Positions 27,339 through 34,544 of a stretch of 34,544 nucleotides of DNA are shown one piece after another. Every line of letters starts with the position of its first letter. Within the stretch, counting starts at the first letter, position 1. The stretch comes from Planctomycetota bacterium (lineage in GTDB: Bacteria; Planctomycetota; UBA11346): assembly GCA_038213805.1 (NCBI GenBank), contig JBBQSO010000059.1, positions 1 through 34,544 of the forward strand, given 5' to 3'. The notes under the pieces are model-generated. The model ran no database searches and had not been told where the DNA came from. It worked only from the letters and a program-made list of their open reading frames with translations. A program made the position numbers and the translations under genes.

Positions 27339-28142
27339 GTGCCCGACCCCGCATCCCAGCCTGGCCCAGCTCCGGCAGCGCGTCCAGACGCCGCTGCGAA
27401 GCTGCTCGCACCGTGCCGGCGCCTGCTGGTGCTGGCCGGCGCCGGGCTCAGCGCGGATGCCGGGGTGCCGACCTTCCGTGGCGAGGGTGGCCTGTGGCAG
27501 ACCCACAACGTCGAAGAGCTCGCCAGTCCCGCGGCCTTCGCGCGCAATCCCGAACTGGTGTGGGAATGGTACCGCGAGCGCCGCCTGACCGTGGCGATGT
27601 CCGAGCCGCACGCCGGGCAGCGTGCGGTGGCGCTGCTCAAGGAGCACTTCCCCGGCGGCGAGGTGCTGGTCGCGACCACTAATGAGGACGACCTGCTCGA
27701 GCGTGCCGGTGTGGTCCCGGTCATCCACCTGCACGGTTCGCTGTTCGATACCATCTGCGCCGACGGCTGCGGCTGGGCGCGCCGCGATAGCGAGGACAAC
27801 TCCCTCAGCATGCGCCCCTGCCCGCACTGCGGCGCGCTGACCCGCCCGGGCTCGGTGTGGTTCGGCGAGGCCCTGCCTCCGGGCCTGCTCGACGCGATCC
27901 GCGCCTTCGACGCCGACGGCTGCCTGATGGTCGGCTCGTCGTGCATCGTCCAGCCGGTCTCGGCCATCCCCTCGGACATGGCGGTGGCGCGATTGCCGGT
28001 GGTCGAGGTCAATCTCGAGGAGACGCCGTTCACCGGCCTGGCCACCTGCAGCCTGCGCGGCGCCGCCAAGGATGTCATGCCGCCGCTCGTCGACCTGCTG
28101 ACCTCGAGTACGGTCAGGGATCAGAAGCGGCGGATCACCTGA
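27339..28142 (+). CDS. cobB: NAD-dependent protein deacylase (Sir2/CobB, class III-like)
   Basis: GAGLSADAGVPTFRG..GLW, W.WY..RR, HLHGSL, four Zn cysteines (C...C, CPHC), RP..VWFGE, GSS..VQP, EVN. Confidence 0.9.
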   Translation: MPDPASQPGPAPAARPDAAAKLLAPCRRLLVLAGAGLSADAGVPTFRGEGGLWQTHNVEELASPAAFARNPELVWEWYRERRLTVAMSEPHAGQRAVALLKEHFPGGEVLVATTNEDDLLERAGVVPVIHLHGSLFDTICADGCGWARRDSEDNSLSMRPCPHCGALTRPGSVWFGEALPPGLLDAIRAFDADGCLMVGSSCIVQPVSAIPSDMAVARLPVVEVNLEETPFTGLATCSLRGAAKDVMPPLVDLLTSSTVRDQKRRIT

Positions 28143-28192
28143 GTTTCACGCCTGACATCCTTGATTCGGAGTGGGCGGGCGGTGCGCCTTGG

Positions 28193-28239
28193 GCGGAGGG
28201 GTGGAGGGTGCGGTGTGCGGAGTGCGGAGTGCGGAGTGC
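28193..28239 (+). repeat. Heptamer array (GTGCGGA)n
   Basis: gtgcggt gtgcgga gtgcgga gtgcgga gtgc at 28208-28239, plus degenerate units upstream. Confidence 0.9.
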
Positions 28240-28340
28240 CCGTGCTCATGTCGTTTGCGGCCGGAATCGTGGGGGTCAGCCGCTCACCGCGCGCAATCGT
28301 CCGATGCCAAATTCCAGGTCGCACGCAGCGCCGCGGAAGG

Positions 28341-28379
28341 CCGCACTCCGCACTCCGCACTCCGCATTCCACACTCCGC
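28341..28379 (-). repeat. Inverted heptamer array (CCGCACT)x~5.5
   Basis: ccgcact ccgcact ccgcact ccgcatt ccacact ccgc; reverse complement of the array at 28208-28239. Confidence 0.93.
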
Positions 28380-28410
28380 CCGGTGATCTGTCCGCGCACC
28401 GTTGTCCGCC

Positions 28411-29835
28411 ATGACGGGCCTCGCCGAAGCCTTCCATGCCCACGCCGCCGACCTTTTGCCCGAGGCCGGCACCGTGCTGCTCCTCGCAGTCAGCGGTGGC
28501 GCGGACAGCATGGCGTTGTGGGACCTGTTGGTGCGCGCCGACCGCTGGCACCTCGCGCTCTTCCATCTCGATCATGGCCTGCGCGAGGATGCGCCGCGCG
28601 ATGCGGAGGTGATCCGCGCCCAGGCGGCGGCGTACGTGGCGGCCGGCTTTCTGCCGACGCGCCTGATCGTGGAGCGCGCCGACGTGCCCGCGCTGGCCCG
28701 CGAATGGCGCTGCGCCTTCGAGGCGGCGGGGCGGCGTCAGCGCTACGCGCGGCTGCGCGCCCTGGCCGTGAAACACCGCGTGGCTGCGGTGCTCACCGCC
28801 CATCACCGTGACGACCAGGCCGAGACCGTGCTCGCCAACCTGTTGCGCGGCGCCGGCCCGCCCGGCAAGGCGGGCATCCCGCCGCGCCGCCAGCTCGCAC
28901 CGCGTCTGCCGCTGGTCCGGCCGCTGCTGCCGTTCACCCGCGCCGAGCTGCGCGAGCACTGCGTGCGCCAGGGTGTGGCCTGGCATGAGGACACCAGCAA
29001 CGACGACCTGCGCCACCAGCGCAATTGGCTCCGCCACCGCGTGCTGCCAGCGCTCGAGGCGGGAGTGCCCGGCTTCGGCGCGGAACTCGCCCGCCTCGCC
29101 GATGACAACCGCACCATCCTCGCCGAGAGCGAAGGCACGGTGACCGCGACCTGGCGGCGCGCCCTGGCCGACGACGACCTGCTCACCGATGGCGTGCTGC
29201 CGCTGCCCGAAAGCCAGCGGCTGCTGGTGTGGCGCCGCCTGCTGCAGCACCTTGACCTGCCCATCGAACGCCCGCACCTGCGCCGCTTGGACGAGCTCGC
29301 GCGCGGCGCCTCCGGGCGGCGTTTCGCCCTCGGCCGCTGGCTTTTCCTGCGCCGTCCGCACGCGCTCGCGTGGGAGCTGTCCCAGCCGCGCGTGCCGGCA
29401 AACATCGTGCAGCTGGACGGTCCGGGCGAGTACCATCGCGGCTGGGAGCGCATGCGCTGCAGCGTCGAGACGGCGCCCTTCACGCTGAGCACCGACCGCC
29501 ACCACGCCATGCTCGCGGCCGAGGCCTGCGCCTGGCCACTGGCCTGGCGGCTGTCGGAATCCGGCGAACGCTGGCTGCCGCTCGGCGCGCCCGGGCGGCA
29601 GACAGTGGTCAAGTTCCTCTCCGCGCGCGGGGTGTCGAGCCGGCTGCGCCCCCTGACGCCGGTGGTCGCCGACCGCAACGGCATCGTCTGGGTCCCCGGG
29701 CACGCCATTGCTCAGCGCGCACGCATCACCGCCGCCACCGCGCAGGCCCTCCACCTGCGCTGGCATCCGGCTGGACAGGCCGCACAGGCGGCCACGATGC
29801 CGGCCACCCTCGAGGAAGCCGATGAAGACATCTGA
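28411..29835 (+). CDS. tilS: tRNA(Ile)-lysidine synthetase
   Basis: AVSGGADS PP-loop, HLDHGLR, E..GR..RY, AHHRDDQAETVL, RPLL, EDTSN...RNWLR, C-terminal TilS domain. Confidence 0.95.
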   Translation: MTGLAEAFHAHAADLLPEAGTVLLLAVSGGADSMALWDLLVRADRWHLALFHLDHGLREDAPRDAEVIRAQAAAYVAAGFLPTRLIVERADVPALAREWRCAFEAAGRRQRYARLRALAVKHRVAAVLTAHHRDDQAETVLANLLRGAGPPGKAGIPPRRQLAPRLPLVRPLLPFTRAELREHCVRQGVAWHEDTSNDDLRHQRNWLRHRVLPALEAGVPGFGAELARLADDNRTILAESEGTVTATWRRALADDDLLTDGVLPLPESQRLLVWRRLLQHLDLPIERPHLRRLDELARGASGRRFALGRWLFLRRPHALAWELSQPRVPANIVQLDGPGEYHRGWERMRCSVETAPFTLSTDRHHAMLAAEACAWPLAWRLSESGERWLPLGAPGRQTVVKFLSARGVSSRLRPLTPVVADRNGIVWVPGHAIAQRARITAATAQALHLRWHPAGQAAQAATMPATLEEADEDI

Positions 29836-30568
29836 CACCACCGCCGTGATCCTGGCCGCCGGCAAGGGCACGCGCATGGATTCGGACCTGGCCAAGGTCC
29901 TGCATCCGCTTGGCGGCCGGCCGCTGATCGCGCACGTGCTCGGGACCTGCGCGCGGCTGGGCCTGCGCGAGACCGTGGCGGTGGTCGGCTACCAGCGCGA
30001 GGCGGTCGAAGCGGTGGTGCGCGCGGCGGGCGCGGCGGTGGCGGTGCAGGACCAGCAGCTTGGCACCGGACACGCGGTGCTGTGCGCCGAGGCCGCGGTC
30101 CACGGCGACACCGTGCTGGTGCTCTACGGCGACTGCCCGCTGATCCCGGAGGCGCTGCTGCGCCGCCTGCTCGCGCACCATGCGGAGCGTGGCGCGGCCT
30201 GCTCGGTGGTCGCCGCCAGGCTCGCCGACCCGGCGCGCTACGGGCGCATGATCACCGACGCCCAGGGCCGCCTTGCGCGCATCGTCGAATACAAGGACGC
30301 CAGCCCCGCTGAGCGCGCCGTCCAGCTGATCAACACCGGTATCTACGCCTTCCGCGCCACCGATCTGTTCCGCGCCCTGCGCGAGGTGCGCCCGACCAAC
30401 GCCCAGGGCGAGTACTATCTGACCGACGTGGTCGCCCTGCTGGTCGCCGCACGCCAGCCCGTCGAACTGGTCGTCACCGACGACGTCGCCGGGGTGATGG
30501 GCATCAACACGCCGGAGGAGCTCGCCGGCGCGGAAGCCCTGCTTTCCGGGGTCGCTGGCGGCGAGCTG

Positions 30569-31780
<1,212 letters not shown>

Positions 31781-31808
31781 GCCGCGAGGGCCGTTTCCAG
31801 GCGTCTTC

Positions 31809-31843
31809 CTGAACGCATCGCGGCACGGCCGCGATGCGTTCAG
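31809..31843. terminator. Perfect 16-bp hairpin between convergent ilvC and prepilin-like gene
   Basis: CTGAACGCATCGCGGC-ACG-GCCGCGATGCGTTCAG. Confidence 0.7.
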
Positions 31844-31886
31844 CGTTTCCAGGGGAGATGCGGTACGATCCGCCCGGGATGAAACG

Positions 31887-32630
31887 TCATCTGATCGGAA
31901 TGAGGGGATTGGCGTCGTGCTCCCAGTAGGGCGAGGTGTTGAAGACGTTCAGATCCCAGCTGACGTTCTTCACCTTCTTCATGTTGTCCTCGACGCTGTT
32001 GTTCCCAGTCCACCTGTAGTGCCAATAGCAGCGCATGATCGGGAACAGGGAGGTCGCGAACGGGTTGCCGTGCAGGTTCGGGCTGGTCCCCTTGAGGTTG
32101 CCGAAGAACCGCTGATGGGTCTTGCCCGCCGCCCACGTCGCTTCGGCGGTCCCCGAAGCCGGCAGTGAGCCGCCGCTTTCCGTGAGGTCCTTGTAGAAGA
32201 AACTGAGTTCCGAAGAGTTCAGCTGGGTGCCGCTCATCTCGTAATCGTAACTCGAACCGATCACCCTGCCGCCAACCGTGGCGCTCTCGTAGATGTAGGC
32301 CAGATTCCCCCACGTTGGGGCGCGACCCATGGCATGGTTGCTGCCCTGGGGGATGGTCCGGTCCTCTGGGCAGATGAAGATCTTGCCCAGATCCGGCAAC
32401 AGGCCACCCGGCAGGGTCATGCCCAGAGACGACGACGGGAAGGCATCGTCGTTGTCGTGCCGGTAGATGGTCATCGCCGCGCCGATCTGCTGCAGGTTGT
32501 TCCCGCATTTCACATCGTTGGCCAGGCGGCGCACCATGCTGACGGTCGGGATGAGGATGCCCGCCAGCACGGCGATCACCGACACCACCACCAGCAGTTC
32601 GATCATGGTGAAGCCGCGGCGCAGGGGCAT
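31887..32630 (-). CDS. Prepilin-type N-terminal cleavage/methylation domain protein (PVC pseudopilin-like)
   Basis: MPLRRG^FTMIELLVVVSVIAVLAGILIP, then C.NNLQQIG and F.CP.D motifs typical of PVC pseudopilin-like proteins. Confidence 0.9.
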   Translation of the reverse strand: MPLRRGFTMIELLVVVSVIAVLAGILIPTVSMVRRLANDVKCGNNLQQIGAAMTIYRHDNDDAFPSSSLGMTLPGGLLPDLGKIFICPEDRTIPQGSNHAMGRAPTWGNLAYIYESATVGGRVIGSSYDYEMSGTQLNSSELSFFYKDLTESGGSLPASGTAEATWAAGKTHQRFFGNLKGTSPNLHGNPFATSLFPIMRCYWHYRWTGNNSVEDNMKKVKNVSWDLNVFNTSPYWEHDANPLIPIR

Positions 32631-32839
32631 GGGAGCGGGTACCGGGGATGGCGGGGGGCGTTGCTGGAACAAGACGATGGGAGTGTACACCAGCTGACAT
32701 CCTTTCCCACCGTGCAAGATGGCGCCGCGGTCGTGATCAGGGGTGCAGGTCTGGCGTAAGCCGGTGCGGGACACTCTGCTGGACACCGTGGACGGGTGCA
32801 GGTGCTTGCCGTCCCGCCGGTCCCCCGGAACCTGCGGCC

Positions 32840-33421
32840 ATGTCCGCAGCTGCTGAGACCCTCGCCATCGGCCTCCAGGAATGGGCGGTGGCGTGCCGTG
32901 CCCTTGGCGAGGGGCGCTTGATCCTGGTCGTGCGTAAAGGCGGCATCCACGAGCGCCAGGGTGGGCTGTTCGCACTCGAACACGGGCGCTTCGCGCTGCT
33001 GCCGACCCACCTGCACCAGGATGCGGGCCGGCTCCTGCCCGCCTATACCGGCGACTACCTCGCCGACGTCGCCGTGGATCCGGCGCCCGGCCGGCATGCC
33101 GTGGGCCTGTGGGCTGAGGCAGAGCGCATCTGGAAGGTCACCGAGCCGGGGAGGCTCGCGGCGCTCGGCGACGAATTGATGTGGACAGAGGGCGAGCTGG
33201 CCAGCCGTTTCCGTTACCGCGACCAGCCGTGGCTCTTCGTCGTCGCGCTGCGCATCCATCGCCTGGCCGCAGCGGTCAGCATTCCCGACCATCCCAGCTA
33301 TGCGGGCTGCCGCAGCTGGATACCGTTGCTCGACCACATCCCGCTCGCGGGATCCGTCCCGGTGCTGGATGACGCCGCGTTCGCGACGCGGCTGACCCGC
33401 ATCGCAGCGGTTCTTGACTAG
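32840..33421 (+). CDS. DUF1802 family protein
   Basis: L.EWAVA..AL..G....VRKGGIHE, F.L.PT..HQ, Y.GCRSWI.L. Confidence 0.85.
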   Translation: MSAAAETLAIGLQEWAVACRALGEGRLILVVRKGGIHERQGGLFALEHGRFALLPTHLHQDAGRLLPAYTGDYLADVAVDPAPGRHAVGLWAEAERIWKVTEPGRLAALGDELMWTEGELASRFRYRDQPWLFVVALRIHRLAAAVSIPDHPSYAGCRSWIPLLDHIPLAGSVPVLDDAAFATRLTRIAAVLD

Positions 33422-33434
33422 GTTGGGTATGACG

Positions 33435-33505
33435 GCTTCCTTGCTTCCTTCTCGCATTCTGCTCCCTGCTTTCCGTCTGCCCACTTCTCCCCTCGTGCTT
33501 CCCCC
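33435..33505 (+). repeat. Degenerate pyrimidine-rich 7-8-mer tract upstream of purU
   Basis: gcttcctt gcttcctt ctcgcatt ctgctcc ctgcttt ccgtctg cccactt... Confidence 0.5.
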
Positions 33506-34384
33506 ATGACCAAACCCATCACCGCCACTCTGCTCGTCAGCTGCCGCGACCGTACCGGCCTGGTCGCAGCGCTGTCCAACTTCGTCTTCGCCAACGGCGG
33601 CAACATCATCGATGCCGATCAGCATGCCGAGGCCGAGCACGCCGATGGCAGCGGGGGCAGCATGTTCTTCATGCGCCTGGTCTGGGATGTCGCCAGCTTC
33701 AAACTCGACCGCACTGGCATCTCCGCGGCGGTTGCCGACCTCGGCAGCAGGTTCGGGCTGGCCTACCAGCTGACCTACAGCGACGTGCGGCCGCGGGTGG
33801 TGGTGTTCGCGTCGAAGGCGCCGCACTGCCTGTACGATCTGTTGCTGCGCCAGCGCCTCGGCGAGCTCGACGGCGAGATCGTGGCGGTCATCGCCAACCA
33901 TCCCGACCTGCAGGGCGCGGCAGAGCACTTCGGTCTGCCCTTCCACCTGGTGCCGGTGACGCCCACGACCAGGGACGCCGCCGAGGCCGAGCAGGAACGC
34001 CTGCTCGCCGCCCATCGCGCCGACCTCATCGTCCTCGCCCGCTACATGCAGGTGCTCTCCCCAGCCCTGGTCGCGCGCTGGGCCGGCCGGGTGATCAACA
34101 TCCACCACTCCTTCCTTCCCGCCTTCGTCGGCGCCAAGCCCTACCACCAGGCCAAGGAGCGCGGCGTCAAGGTCATCGGCGCCACCGCGCATTACGTGAC
34201 CGCAGAACTCGACCAGGGCCCGATCATCGAGCAGGACGTCACCCGCGTCACCCATCGCGACACCGTCGACGACCTGGTGCGCAAGGGTCGCGATCTGGAG
34301 CGCCAGGTGCTGAGCCGCGCGGTGCAGGCGCACCTCGGGCAGCGGGTGCTGGTGAGCGGGAATCGGACGATCGTATTCGGGTGA
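33506..34384 (+). CDS. purU: Formyltetrahydrofolate deformylase
   Basis: N-terminal ACT domain (C.DR.GLVA...NI..ADQ), HCLYDLL, LARYMQVLS, INIHHSFLPAF.GAKPYHQA, GATAHYVT.ELDQGPIIEQD. Confidence 0.97.
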   Translation: MTKPITATLLVSCRDRTGLVAALSNFVFANGGNIIDADQHAEAEHADGSGGSMFFMRLVWDVASFKLDRTGISAAVADLGSRFGLAYQLTYSDVRPRVVVFASKAPHCLYDLLLRQRLGELDGEIVAVIANHPDLQGAAEHFGLPFHLVPVTPTTRDAAEAEQERLLAAHRADLIVLARYMQVLSPALVARWAGRVINIHHSFLPAFVGAKPYHQAKERGVKVIGATAHYVTAELDQGPIIEQDVTRVTHRDTVDDLVRKGRDLERQVLSRAVQAHLGQRVLVSGNRTIVFG

Positions 34385-34544
34385 AGGGCGTGGCCGCTAG
34401 ACCCAATGGCGTTCACTTATCACCCGCCCCTCTGGACGGACCTTCCGAAGGGCATCTTGGATTCCCTGGGGGCGTGTCTATTGGGCCGAGGTGAGTAGGC
34501 AAATTGTCGGAGAACGCGGATGCACTGTTCCGTCATTTCGGCGA

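Noticed and set aside
27339..28142. Sirtuin as an anti-phage (Thoeris/DSR-type) effector
   Set aside because: It has the Zn-binding module and GxPTFRG/YxxR features of housekeeping CobB, and no defence genes are adjacent.
31887..32975. Extended N-termini in the ORF track (prepilin 32975, gltA 20596, glmU 29708, ahpC 3392, redoxin 11754, DUF1802 32648)
   Set aside because: The extensions are Pro/Arg-rich and overlap neighbours or repeats. Downstream starts fit domain boundaries and, where present, SD sites.
34385..34544. Feature at the right edge of the window
   Set aside because: Too short, with no supported ORF or RNA motif.

Overview
High-GC bacterial chromosome segment, probably PVC superphylum and Planctomycetota-like. 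That placement is inferred from a prepilin-type N-methylation protein, DUF1802, a stand-alone GlmU N-terminal domain and a eukaryote/Chlamydiae-type citrate synthase. The window holds about 23 genes, mostly housekeeping or metabolic: a >810-aa coiled-coil protein (minus strand, cut by the window edge and missing from the ORF track), ahpC, a secreted clan GH-A glycoside hydrolase, a REC-PP2C regulator, an MFS transporter, an RluD-type pseudouridine synthase, a Cys-less thioredoxin/TPR protein, an nrpR-gltB-gltD operon, an orphan ketosynthase, gltA, an SDR-gntK-LarA-like sugar-acid operon, cobB, tilS, short glmU, ilvC, a prepilin-like protein, DUF1802 and purU. No rRNA, tRNA, CRISPR array or transposase was seen. 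The most unusual signals are three. (1) A dispersed set of 7-8-nt tandem repeat arrays at gene junctions with consistent polarity: the G-rich strand follows stop codons and the C-rich strand precedes start codons, and some form inverted pairs around ~50-100-nt unique spacers. (2) Two copies of a 216-256-bp MITE-like element, each between convergent genes. (3) An archaeal-type NrpR regulator heading glutamate synthase, with a candidate GGCA-N6-TGCC operator next to an AT-rich island.
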